64,000 nucleotides of DNA from the human T2T-CHM13v2.0 reference genome, Homo sapiens. The notes under the pieces were generated by a model, which ran no database searches, was not told the origin of the DNA, and worked only from the letters and a program-made list of their open reading frames with translations. Shown here one piece after another: positions 25,560 to 37,990 of the stretch. A program made the position numbers and the translations under genes. The stretch lies in NCBI RefSeq assembly GCF_009914755.1, contig NC_060939.1; one strand, written 5' to 3'. The stretch's first letter is position 1. Each line of letters begins with the position of its first letter.

Positions 25560-26839
25560 ATCAGCTTTGAGCCCTGATGGAGAGAGGTTTGGGCCAGGAG
25601 TCAGAAGAGTGGCATTCATAAAAATGTTGTGAGATCCTGAGTCCACATCACTTCAGGGCCCAGCAGGCAGGGAAGAGTAACAGCAGGGGATGGTTTAGGA
25701 GGCTGATGCAATGGCCCAAGTAAAGAGGAAGAAGGGTCCTGGTCCAGGAAGGTGGTATGGCATGGTGAAGAGTGACCAGCAGCTTTCTCTGGGGGATGGA
25801 TAAGGAGAGAAGAGCTCCCTAAAGGCCTCAGCAGTGAGAGTGATCACAGAATCTGGAGCCCTGGCCTGGCAATCTGGGACTGACACATCTTGGCATGCCT
25901 TATGTCTCCTTGGAGATACCACTGCTGCTGGGGACAGAGTAGGTTGTGGGGATAGGGTCACATGGGTAAGCAGGGACCAACAGATAGGAGAACAGGATGG
26001 AGCCTGGACTCCCACCCTTGGTTTGGAGGTGAACATGGGAACAAGTAACAGATATGGGGGATGAGCCTCAGGTATAAGCAGATTAAGAATTTCTGGTGGA
26101 AGCAGGAATTATGGTGACCGCCTCTTCTGAATTTTGAACCCACCAGTGCTTGCCTACAGGAGTTGAGGTACCTAGTATGGTCACAGCTGGCCTGCCACAG
26201 AAAGAGGGCGCCTTGGGATTTTGTGCACACACCAAGGGGACTCAGGCAACCAGCTGAGAAAGTCAAGAGATCTGCATCCCAGACTTGCTTCCTAACTACC
26301 ACCTACAATTTCCTGGGTCTATATAAGGCCTTTTCACATTTGCTTCCTCCTTTCCCACACTGATAGGCATGTTCAGATGCAATCAGAGTCTGGCCCTGGT
26401 GTTGGTGACAGGTGGGCACCTGCAGCTGGGTTCCGTATTGCCATGGTAACAAGGTAGGGAAAACTGCCCCAGAGCTCAGGGGCTGATTAGACCTCAAGGC
26501 CAGCCCATTGTCGCCTGACACCATGTCTTCTGGGGCACTGCTGTGTGTAAGCGTCCAGGATGAGATGGGAATTTTCTGAGACAGAAAATTTAAGTGGATG
26601 GAAAATTAGATGCTCAACCAAAGATATTGTCCCCTTCCCCTCCCTATATATACTTGTCACTACCAGCTACAAATATACAGTTTCCTGTCTCCTTGTCAAC
26701 TAGTAGCAGCTGCAAGAAAGGTGGTCCTACTTCCTGCTGACAGTTGAAGTTATGTAGAATAAGACATGATTATTTCGGAACATTACTTGGAGTGTTCCGA
26801 AAACTTACTGATAAGTGTTACCTAACGTTGAACTTAGGG

Positions 26840-27233
26840 TGTCTTAGTCAGCTTAGACTGCTATAATAAAATACATACTACAGACCAGGTGGCTTAAATA
26901 ACAGACATTTATTTCTCACTGTTCTGGAGGTGGGAAGGTCCAAGATCAAGGAGCTGGCTGATTTGGTTCCTGTTAAGGACTCTCTTCCTGGCTTGCTGGT
27001 GGCTGCCTTCTTGCCGTGTGCTCCTATGGCCTTTCCTCTGTTCATGGAGAGAGAGAGAGCAAACACTCTGGTCTATTCTTAGAAGGGCACTAATTCCATC
27101 ATGAGGGCCCACCCTCATGATCTCATCTGGCTTTAATTACCTCCCAAAGGCCCTATCTCCAAATATCATCACATTGGGAGTTCGGGCTTCAGCATATGAA
27201 TTTTAAGAGGACACAAATATTCAGCCTATAACA
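26840..27233 (-). mobile_element. Solo MLT1A/B-like LTR
   Basis: TGTCTTAGTC...CATATGAATTTT...ATAACA; TSD TAGGG/TGGGG. Confidence 0.9.
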
Positions 27234-27289
27234 TGGGGTTTATACAGTTTGAAAGTGGCCCTTCAGCACTTATCAGGAAACATTTCTTA

Positions 27290-28055
27290 TTTTATCCATT
27301 TATGTGTTCATTCATTCATTTAGCCATTTTTTATTTTGAGTGCCAGAGACTATTCAATGTCCTAGGATATAGCAGAGAACGAAACAGACAAAAATTTCTG
27401 CTGCCATGAGGCAAGTAAGCAAGTAATTACATAATCAGTGGTGATAAGAGCAATTAAAAAGCATAAAGCAGGGAAGAATGAAAGGGCACTGAGGGGGACT
27501 TGGTCTTTCATATGGAGTGGTCAGGGAAGACTGGGGCATCTCAGCAGAGGTCTTATGGTGGCCATGATAAAGTGTCTTGTGAGACCTTCTACTACAGGGA
27601 GCATAACTGACAGAAGGCCACGGCTATTTCATTTTGAAATTCATTGCTGCTTTTGTATGAAGGCTATGTCTCCTGGGAGACTTGGGACTTCCTCATCAGC
27701 ACACTTTAGCTCAGGGACTCCCTGAAGGTTTTGTCAAAACTTTCTTAGCCTGCCCAGCACTAGAGGAGGCTTCCAGTCTACCTTCTCTCTTTTCTCCTTC
27801 CCCTGGGGTCAGACTTGTATCATGATCCCACTACAACCCCCGCCTTCCTCTGCTCCATCCCTAATTCCTTTTGCAAGGCATTTCCCCTAATAAAAGCCTT
27901 GCATGATTAATCCATTGCAGCATCTGCTTCTCAGAGGAAGGACTAATGCAGATTTGAAGGAAGTTAGAGAGTAAGCCATGTGGATTGGTGAGGGAAATGT
28001 ATTCCATGCTGAGGGAACAGAGACTGCGATTGTCTTAGGGCAAGAGCATGGCTGG
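27290..28055 (-). mobile_element. L2 fragment interrupted by an LTR16-like piece (~27690-27950, + strand)
   Basis: TTCATTCATTCATT tail and L2 motifs on both sides; the insert ends AATAAAAGCCTTGCATG...CATCTGCTTCTCAGAGGA...CTAATGCA. Confidence 0.65.
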
Positions 28056-28458
28056 TTGGTATTAGATCTGAGTTTTGATTTTTACCCTATTCATATGCTA
28101 ATAGGTTAGTGTGTAACTGTTTCATAGATTCTGGCAGAAGACATGAGACTCCTGGGTCAGAGACAAAGAACTCAGTACTTATAGCACAGCCACACATCCT
28201 GTTGGTCAAAGTGAGTTAATAGGACAGTCCAGAGTCAAGAGGAGGGGAAATGGACTCTTTCTCTTCATGGGGGAAGCAGCAAAGTCACATTGCAAAGAGG
28301 TGTGGATATAATGGGGAGAAGAACTGCAGCCAGTTTTTCAAACCACCACAGGTAAGGACTGGAGCCAGGTGCCTCAGGAGCTTGAGGACAAATAGGAAAT
28401 TCACTGAGTGATCAAGCAAGGCTTATGGAAGACTTAAGTGTTTAGCCTTGCCAAATTC

Positions 28459-28720
28459 CTTTTTGCTGTTGTTATTTTGAGACAGGTACTTGCTCTGTCT
28501 GCTAGGCTGGAATGCAAAGACATGATCATGGCTCACTGCTGCAGCCTCAACTTCCTGGACTCAAGCAATCCTCCCAACTCAGCCTCTTTAGTAGCTGAGA
28601 ATACAGGCACATGCTACCATGCCAGGCTAATTTTTAAAATTATTTTTGGTAGTGATAGGGTCTCACTATGTTGCCTAGGCTGGTCTCGAACTCCTGAGCT
28701 CAAGTGCTAACCTCCCATCC
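28459..28720 (-). mobile_element. AluJ, 5'-truncated
   Basis: GAGACAGG...GCTCACTGC...GGGTCTCACTATGTTGCCTAGGCTGGTCTCGAACTCCTGAGCTCAAG. Confidence 0.92.
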
Positions 28721-31529
28721 TGCCAAGAGCCAGCGGCTGCCTCCCTGTGGGTCTCAGAGGGAACACAACCACCGCCTCTCCTGACAGCCTGGGAGGCAAG
28801 GCTGAAACAGATCATGTGAGTCTTCCATTGTTCACATTCTGTTTGGTGACAGAGGGAGGGGGGAAGGCGGAGACAGGCCATGAATAACATGCTATGCCTG
28901 CTCTCACCTCCACCGTAATTACTCTCCTGCTCACCACAGACACTTGCCCTGCCACTGGGGTCCAGCCTGCCACTGAATCAGGAAAGCAGTTTGTTCATGC
29001 AGAACGTGTCACTGTTGGAAGTTTCTCTCTCATCATTAACTAATTTGCTGTGCTTTGCCACAGCCCTTGTTATCTATAACCATGGTAACAATGCAAAGAG
29101 CTGTACATGCATTTATTTTGGACTCTAAAAGCCCAAGCATGGTTTATTTCTGTCTCTTGGCTCCAAGGAGCTGGGTGGGTCTGGAGGCAGGGGCTGGAGC
29201 TAGGGGACTGGCCCTTAGTCCTGAGCCTATCAGGGAGTGACTTCAAACACACAGCTTCTCTTATGGGACCTCAGTTTCCCTAAGTGTAAGGTGAGGGGAT
29301 TGGGGTTGATGGTCTTTGTGGAGTCTTCCAGTGATATCTTTCTATCAGTTAAAGAGTCATGTGTATTTAGGATCTAGAGGGAGAGTTCCCCAGCCCACCC
29401 CAGAGGCTGTGAGCCGGCTGTGAACATGGGGATGTAGGCAGTGGTGTGTGGCTGCTGCATCTGGCAGTCCCTTCTTTCTGCTAATTTGGTGTCCTCACTA
29501 TATAATTATACTGTGAAATTCCCTGACTGAAGATAATTTTTTAAAATATCTTTCCCTGACTCCCACTACTCATTGCCCAGATTCGTGAATGGGGTAAGTG
29601 GGTGTTTGCAGCTTTTGGCGGAGAACAAGGATGTTATGCAACCTGCCCTTCTCAGAATTTCCCAGCACCACCTCCACGCTGGGCCCCAGAAGGGAAGAAT
29701 AGGGCTTTTCTGATTGGAAGGATACAGATTTTGACTTCTCTCAGTCTCAATTTCCTCCTCTGTCAAGTGGGGAGAAAATTTTCTTTCATGTGGGGTAACA
29801 TGAAGAGTATGAGACCATGAACTGCTCCTCTGACCATAGGGAATGTGATGAAAATGTGGGCTTTCTCCCTCCTCCTGTGATCTTGGGCTGGTAACTTCAC
29901 TCCTCTGAGCCTCGGTTTCCTCATTTACAAGTGGAGTCAATCAAAGCTATCTTTCAGGAGTGTTGTGAGGGGGTTAAATAGGAATACCAGCAAAAACACC
30001 CTGTGTTGTCATTACTCAGCAATTGGTATTTATTATGACTGCCAGCAAAGGCACGATGTCCTGTTACACCCTGCAGGATCGTGTTATCTGGGCGTGTCTT
30101 CCAGCTGGCTGTGGGCTGCATTGCCAGTCCAGTAAGATATGGCCAGAACTGACAACTAATGGACCTGTCAGCTCCATGCAGAGCACTTCTTGAAGCTCCC
30201 CAGAGGCAGGTGCCGATGCCACATCGATAAGCCCCATTCCCCTGATGGGCGCCTGACATTTCCTGCCTGCATTCCCCTGTCTGCCTGGGTCAGTGGTCAG
30301 ACTGAGTCACAGCCACTCCCTGCAGCCCTGGCTGCCCACTGACCCAGGGCACAGGGCAGGAGGCAGCTGTGCAGGGTCAGTCCACTGATAGGGTGCCCTA
30401 TCTTTTATATTTTAAAACATTATAATTTTTTCTTCTTATTTAACATGCTTATTATTCTTTCTTACATAAGGAAGATACTTAGAATGCCTTTGATCATTAT
30501 TTATCTATTGCATATGTCAACATGTATTTATTTAAACAGAGATAAAGACCTGGAAGGAACCACAAGAGAGTTAATAGTTGTTGCCAGTGGGGAGAGGGGT
30601 TGGGAGAGGGGTGAAGCATTCACTTCTTTATAGACTAAACAAAATGGTGGGATTACAAAGGTGCTTAATTTTGGTTTGAATGAATGCTGCTCAGCATATT
30701 TTATGTTAAAAATTTGTTTTTATGTTTAAAAATTTTTAGAAAAGGTAAATAATATGGATTGCTTTAGAATTAGACATAAAATCTCAAAATGTAAAGAGAC
30801 AAATGATAAAAACACTTTTTAGCAGAAGAAACATCATCATTTTTTTTGTTTGTTTAAATTGGGCTAATCTGTACTGGGCACCTATGCCCAGGGATTAATG
30901 TGTCTATTCAAACTCCCCATGGAGGTGAATGTTTTTCTTGTTTATTCTTCTCATTTCACAGATGAGATGGTACAGCCTCTGACCTGGGTTCTTTACACGA
31001 ATCCTCTTAGTTCATGCACGTTTCAGTTCTGGAAGGGGGGGCATTCTTTTGTTATTGTACACTCTGCATGAGATTTGTACTGTGGCTCTGTGGACCTGTC
31101 TCCTTGCGAAGGCCAGGCTGAACGCAGGCTTCATGAAGACTTAAGCACCTGCAATATCTGTAGCTCCCTTGGGGAAAGATGCTCTGCAACGCAGACCCCT
31201 GCGCTGGCCATCCCCATCCCTGTTCCAGAGAAAACGCGAGGACTGGTCTGGTGGGAGGCAATGCTTCCTGTTTCAGGGGATGATCTCATCTTGAACCTGA
31301 GGGAGGTCTAGCCGGTGTTGATTCGTTTTAGCAGGGGGCCTCCTGCGATTTTCAGCCTTCCCTTGGGTCAGCATAAGGGCATTTGTCTTTTAAGACTAAG
31401 GTGAGCAAATTTTAAAAGGAGAAATTGAAAGCCTGTTCTCTGGTTGTCTACATGTCTAGGAGGGGGCCAGAGAGGAGCAGACAGCCATAGACTGTCAGAG
31501 GTGGGTAAAAGTGTGTGGACATGCTGACT

Positions 31530-31660
31530 CGCTCTGGTAGGGTTTCGGCAAAGGGTCTGAATCCAGGCTCTGCCACTAATTAGTTGTGTGACCTTGAGTA
31601 AGTTACCTAGCCTATCTGAACCTCAGTTTCCTTATTTGCAAAAGGGGAATTCAGAAGACC
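31530..31660 (+). mobile_element. MIR SINE
   Basis: GGCTCTGCCACTAATTAGTTGTGTGACCTTGAGTAAGTTAC...CCTCAGTTTCC core. Confidence 0.85.
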
Positions 31661-33819
31661 TTGCAGAATCAGAAGAGGGCTCCGTTACATGAGATTGAGT
31701 ATGTTGGATGCCCTCCAAAGTTAAAATTAATAGTAATGATTACAAGACAAATCTCCAGCCATGTGACAGGAAAACGTTCTGCGCAGGGCAGCCCAGGGCA
31801 CGTGGGTGCTTAGGAATGCTGCTGCGCATGTGTGAGAGAAAAAACAGCACTCTCAATTCTGTGTTGTTATAGGGGAGGCCACCAGGGGCTGTGGAGGCAC
31901 CATGTGATCTGGCATCTGCTCCTGCCTCCGCTGCCTACCTGCAGGGTGACCTTGGGTGAGCCTTTCCCTTTTCCAGACTCCAGAGCTGAACTGGGCCAAA
32001 ACCATGCTCCTTTTCAACCCCAAAGGAGATGCTGACCCTGCAGGGTCCCCACATCCATGGTGTTACAAGGTCTTCCTCATCAGGCCCATCCCTGCTGACC
32101 CTTCTCTCCTTGTGCAGAACGAACGTTGTGTCCAGAGGGTTAGTCAGTGGTTGGCAGGGGGCAGTTGCTGCCACTCTTTCTCCTCCACTCCTTGAAGGGG
32201 CTGCCTGTCACACCAGACTGCTGCATTTCTGACCCAAACCTCTCATCCCATCGCCCTGCTTGTTGCCTTGCTGAGCTCCCTGGCTGCCCCAGACTTGAGT
32301 CTTCCCTGGGATCACAGGGACCTCAGATTCCCAGGTCCCGTGCCATGTGCACTCTCACAGGCTTTAGGCCCTGGTTAGAAGCCCCTGTTTCAGTTTGGAT
32401 CATCATGCCTGGCTCTTCTGGGATTAGATCTGGCTCTGGACCCCAAAGCGCCCACCCTCTTCTACCAGCCCTCTGCTGGGCTCCTGGGGACATCCCAGCA
32501 ATTTCTTCTGGAGCAAGGCAGAGATGATTATGCTTCCCCTGACACCACCCTGGACTGGCAGGTGGCCCCTCTCTAGGCACTGCCGTGGAGTGGATCAGCT
32601 GTTCCCTTTCTAAAGATGAGTCTCCCCTGCCCCCACATCCCACTGGCTCTGCGGTGCTATGGGCTTTACTTGCCTTTCCCCTAAGTTGCACCCTGACCCA
32701 GAGCCTGCAGTGCTGCACAGCACAGACGTGGCGACACAAGAATCCACTGGCCCCTCTCCTAGCCGCTGTCCTTGGCTTGGCTGCACTCACTCCAGGCTGG
32801 CCTTAGTCACACAGATTTGCCCTCCACATGCATCCCTGCAGCTCTTCAGGATTGAGAGCCACCCTCCAGGTCCAGCTCCGGTACCAAGAACGTACTTCCA
32901 ACTGTCTACACCACCAGTGCTTCTGCAGCTCCAGCTCATCCCCACATCAGGAGGTCAGCAGGAGTGCGAGGTGGCTCAGAGGCCACATTTTCTGCTAGGG
33001 TTTGCATCCAAGCCCATATGGCATCACACAGCCTGGAGGCCAGGACACGGGATGGGGATGAGGACTGCTTCTTAGGGTGTGCTGAGGGCAGCATGACTGG
33101 CTCAAAGGTGAGCCCTTACATACCCAATAAAAAGGGTGTAAAACATCCCTTTGCCTGCTTTCCCCCCCACAAAGCTGCATTTGAGCATGTGGATGCTAAG
33201 CCCCAAGGTGGGCAGCACAGGGCAGTGGCAGGGGCTGAGAGTTAGTGGTGAGAACACAATGTCATCAGGAGCCTGCGGGGAGTCTGTGGTGAGAACACAG
33301 TGTCATCAGCAGTGGACAAAGGTCTCCTGACTCCCTGTCCAGGGCTCTCCCATACCCTGGGTCTCTAGGTGTTTCTAAGTGACTGACAGCTGGCTCTATG
33401 AATTGGGTGTCTCTTCGTCAAGTCACCCCAGGTGTGGCTGCTAGGAGATGCAGGCATTTAAACTCACTGAGCAGTCTTAGTGCCTGGCCTGGGTGGTTTC
33501 CTGTGACACCAGGTTGGACTGCTGGTGACTGTGCTGGGGCACACCTTTGCAGTGGGTTTAGCTGCCCCTTTTCAAAACTACAGGCTGCTCCAGGGCCAGC
33601 AATTGACATGAAAGAAGAAATGTAATGAGCTGGGTAATAGTGGAAATTAATAGTGGTAATTGATTGCTAAAAGCATGCAGAGACCATGGCAACAGTTGGA
33701 TGACACAGGCAGAAACCTTACTTCCTTTTGTAGGAAGTGCTCCAAAAGGCTCCAAGTCTCTGTAAACAACTTGCACAAGCTTTGTGAAGATGCAAGGAGC
33801 TGCAGGTCTCCAGTGGCTT

Positions 33820-34445
33820 TGGAGTCAGCCTTCAGTCTGAACACCACTCTACTTGCCACTTCTTTGCTGGGTCATCTTGGGCAATTTGCTGTAACTTTCC
33901 TGAGCCTGTGTCCTCATCTGTAAAATGGGGAGAAGTCCCAATTTACAGAGCTTGTGAAGAGCCAATGAAGTGACAGATGTGAGAAGGAGATGGACTTTGG
34001 ACCCAACTCAAATTCTGGCACTATCGCATATTAGCTGTGTGACCTTGGGGCAAGTCATCAACCACTCTGAGCTTCAATGCCATCCTCTGTAAAATAAGGA
34101 TGATAATAACAGTTCCTATAATACATTATTATTACTGTGAGGATTAAATGAGATAATAAAGTGCTAAGCACATACAGCATATGGGACATTGCAATGTTCA
34201 ATATAATTTACCTATACAACACTCTATTATGAAATGTTTATAAGGTCCCAGCTCTGTCCATGATACTAGCAACAATAGTGGCATTTATGGAATGTTTCTC
34301 ATGTGCTAGGTGCCTTTCTAAGCTCTTAATGGGTATCAGCTCCTTTAATTCCCCTAACCACCCTATGAAGTAGATACCATAATTATCCCTGCTTTATGGA
34401 TGAGGAGACTGAGGGCTAGTGTTTGGTGACCAAGTGAAGCCGAAC
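33820..34445. mobile_element. Cluster of three MIRs (two +, one -)
   Basis: Core motifs CCTCATCTGTAAAATGGGG (~33912), GCTGTGTGACCTTGGG (~34034) and an antisense copy at ~34280-34445. Confidence 0.8.
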
Positions 34446-34859
34446 TTGAAGAAATTATCTGGAAAACTAACCAAAGCAGGTAGCTTTTCTGGGGAGGTCT
34501 GGCCACCCAGAACTGTTTTGCTCCTCAGCACATTCTTCCTTGGGTGGAGGCCACTGTGGCATCTTGTCCTTTCTGGGCACATAAAGGCTCAGCATCCCTC
34601 CTGGCACTCTTGGAGGACTCAGTCCTGTCCTGCCCAGGAGTGCTCCCCATCCAAACCTCATCCCATATTTGGGTGCCAACCTAAACAGGGTAGGTGAGAG
34701 CATTCTGGGCAGAGGGAGCAGAATGTGGATAAGGACATGAAGGCATAAAATGGCATTAAATTCTTAGGAAAATGCAAATGACTGCACGGCTGGAGCTGGG
34801 CAGGAGGTATGTGTTGGGGGACCCTGGAGGTGTGTGGCTGGGAGGTAGGCAGGGTCTAG

Positions 34860-35230
34860 AGCAATGGTTCCCAACCTTACATGCACCAAAGAATCACCTG
34901 AGGAGCTTTAAAAATGCCACTGCCTGTGTGTCCCACCCCCAGAGGTGACTGAGTATTGGGATTTTTTAAAGCTTCCTAGTTGATTCAAATACCAGCTGAG
35001 ACCCAATGTTCTAGAGATCATTTAAGGATATGTAGATTATATTAAGCAAGTAGACCTGCACTGTACAGTAAATTAATATACTTGAGGTAAAATAAAAAAA
35101 ATTCAGGTCTTCAGTCACACAAGCCGCGTGTCAAACATTCAGTAATCACGAGCGGCCGCCATATTGGACAGCACAGATAGAAAGCATTTCTCTTCACCTC
35201 AGAAAGTTCTCTTGGGCCAGATTGATGTAG
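34860..35230. mobile_element. Adjacent hAT MITEs: MER5-like (~34860-35015) and MER33/MER3-like (~35045-35230)
   Basis: AGAATCACCTGAGGAGCTTTAAAAATGC; CCATATTGGACAGCACAGATAGAAAGCATTTC. Confidence 0.7.
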
Positions 35231-35591
35231 ACTTTATCTGGTAGGCAGTGAGATGCCACTTAAGGGTTTTAAGAAGGGGAGTGATGTGGCCAAGGTTTTG
35301 CTTTAGAAAGAGGATTCAGGGGCCGTACAGAAATGGATCCAACGGATCTGATGCTAGCAAGACTAACAGCAGAGGGAATTATTAGGGAACTGTTCTGATA
35401 GTCCAGCTGGACAGCAAAGCCCTGAACTAGAGCCTCAATACTGGAACTGGAGAGGTTGAGATAGATTTAAGAAGGGTGAGAAGAAGAGGCACTGCAGGAT
35501 AAACAGGCCCAATTGGATGGGGGTTGAAGAAGGAGGGTGAGTATAGGTTGCTGCTCATATTTTGGATCAGTTACCAGGAGATTCCTCTGTG

Positions 35592-35818
35592 GCAATGGTA
35601 CCCAAACCAGGTGATTTCCCTCCCAGGGGACATTTGACCACACCTGGAGATATTTTTGATGATTGCAACTCAGGTGGTTGAGGGTTTACTGGCATCTCAT
35701 GGGTAGAGACCAGGGATGAAGTAGAGGCTGGTAAATATCCCATAAATCACAGGACAGTCCCCTAGAATGAAGAGTTATCAAGCCTACAATGTCAATAGTG
35801 CAGAGGCTGAGAAACCCT
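35592..35818. mobile_element. MER20 hAT MITE
   Basis: CCCAGGGGACATTTG...CTGGAGATATTTTTG...ACTGGCATCTCATGGGTAGAGACCAGGGATG...AATGTCAATAGTGCAGAGGCTGAGAAACCCT. Confidence 0.88.
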
Positions 35819-36525
35819 CTTCTGTGGGATAAAGGCAGGAGATCAGTCTGGGCGCAAGTGATAAAGACAATGAATAAAAGTGGAATGAATTGTGCTTTCA
35901 GTTCTTCTGAGAGTGGTTGGTGGAGATCCCCAGTAGACAGCAAATGTCACATCTGGAGCTCAGGAAAGAGGAGTGGGGTAGTGATAAGCAACTTGGCATC
36001 CCCCCATCTCTGTATCCAGACCACCCAGTGGCTGCCCTGGACTCCTGTGGAGGGTGCTGAGTGAGAACTGGGGCTGAGAGTGGAGCCTCAGGGAGCAGCC
36101 ACACTCCAGGGACAGGTGGAAAGGGAGGAGGCTGTGCTTTGGAAAGGTCTTTGTATGAAGCTAGGTACTGTCTTCCTTCAGCCCGTGCTTTTATAACATC
36201 TATAATGTCACAACCATCCTGCATCTCCAGGCATTGCAGACAGTAATGATTCATTCTTGCTGTCCAGCACTCAGACCTTACCCCTCAAGGCTGAATATCT
36301 CCTGAGCCTTGAGTTGTTTGTGAGTGACATCTTCCAGACTCCTGGTGCTCCAAGCTCTGCTCCTCTAGGTGTGGTCCTTTGGCATTGGAGGGAAGGATGG
36401 GAAGAAAGGCATGCTTCTCGCCCCCAAGTGCCCCTCTGTCCCGCACAGTCTACATATGTACATAAAGGGTGCGTACTGCAAGGTAGCTGAGAATGGGGCT
36501 TGGGGCATTTTCTGGTGATTGTCCC

Positions 36526-36954
36526 TGAAGTGGGTTGAATACTGTTCTTTCAAAATTCATGTCCACCCAGAACCTCAGAATGTGACCTGATTTGGAAATA
36601 GGGCTTTTGCAGATGTAGTTAGTGATCTTGAGATGAGATCATCCTAGGTTTAGGGTAGACTCTAAATCCAATGACTGGTGTTCTTATAAGAAGAGAGGAC
36701 AGAGAGACACATAGAACTAAGTTGTTGTGAAGACAGAGTCTGGAGTTGTGCTGCCACAAGCCAAGGAATGCTCAGAGCCAGCAGAACCTGGAAGAGGGAA
36801 GGGAGGATCCTCCCCTAGAGCCTTCAGAGGAAGCATGGCCCTGCTGACAATTGATTTGAGACTTCTAGCCTCCAGAACTGAGAGAATAAGTTTCTATTGT
36901 TTTAAGCCACCTGGCTTTTAATAATTTGTTATGGCAGCCCTAGGATCTGATACA
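36526..36954 (+). mobile_element. Solo MLT1B/C LTR
   Basis: GAACCTCAGAATGTGACC...GCCTCCAGAACTGAGAGAATAAGTTTCTATTGTTTTAAGCCAC; TSD GTCCC/GCCCC. Confidence 0.92.
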
Positions 36955-37834
36955 GCCCCCTGTGTTTAAAGCAGACATACCCTGACACAAATATCTAATC
37001 CTAGACTTGCTTGTCAAGCTTCCTGAGATTTATCATTTGGGTGACAAAAGTTGGAAATGGGAGACCTCCAGCGTCTCTCTCAAAGGACTATCTTCCATCA
37101 TTTATCAATGGGTAAACACTCTTAGAGGAGAGGGAGATTTGGGGGATGCAATAAACCCTGGGCTCCAAGGCGGCTTCTGGTAGCTGGCCGATCAGTTTCA
37201 TGGCAGATTGAGCTTTGGTATAGCTTCTAATTCTGAATAATAATAGATTATAATGCTGTTTATGGTAACTAACATTTATTAGGTACTTACTATGCACTAG
37301 CACTTTATAGCTAGTGCAATGAGAGGTCCGTACTCTTTACTTCAACCCTATTATTAGCCCCATTTTATTGATGAAGAAACTGAAGCTCTCTAAGGCCTTA
37401 CAACTTATAAGAGGCAAAATCCAGATAAACCCCAAGAAGCCTGGCATGAATGCTGGTTTTGCTGGTTTTTAGCCATTGTACGTGCTGCCTGCAAAGCGAT
37501 GAAGTTGTTGGGTGAGCAGCTCCTGTCGGATGATCGTGGCCATCTTCAGGAGCTCTCAGGTTACCTGGTTCTAATAGTGTGGGCACTAGGTGAGCAGAGG
37601 AAGGAAGACAGTAAGTGCTGATTAAATGCCTTCAGGGGATGCTGGAAAGATCAGACTATTTTGGGGACACCATGGGCCACCTTTCAATACTGGGATGGGA
37701 GGCTCTTTAAAGAGAAGGAGCCCCACTTGCTGCTGTCACTGATGCTGTGGCTGCACATGATACCTGTCTGTCCTGACCTCTGACCCTCTCACCTGCCTAC
37801 TTGGCCTTGGGTGGAAACTAAATGAGGGCCTCGA

Positions 37835-37990
37835 GACCCAGAGTGTGGTCTGTGGACCAAAACAGCTTCAGCGTCACCTGGAAGCTTGTTAGAAATGCAG
37901 ACTCTCGGGCTGCCCCGGATGTACTGAGTTAGAATCTGTCTTAAGAAGATCCCTAGGGGGATTTGTATGCACATTACCATGTGAGAAGCA
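37835..37990. mobile_element. MER5A hAT MITE
   Basis: AGTGTGGTCTGTGGACC...TCACCTGGAAGCTTGTTAGAAATGCAGACTCTCGGGC. Confidence 0.88.

Noticed and set aside
32147-33245. Dense overlapping ORFs of 70-155 aa in a GC-rich stretch
   Set aside because: They occur on both strands and in several frames with no domain or codon signal, as expected from low stop-codon frequency.
33245-33312. Repeat-spacer-repeat pattern resembling a CRISPR array
   Set aside because: Only two copies with a 14-bp spacer, in primate DNA with no cas genes.
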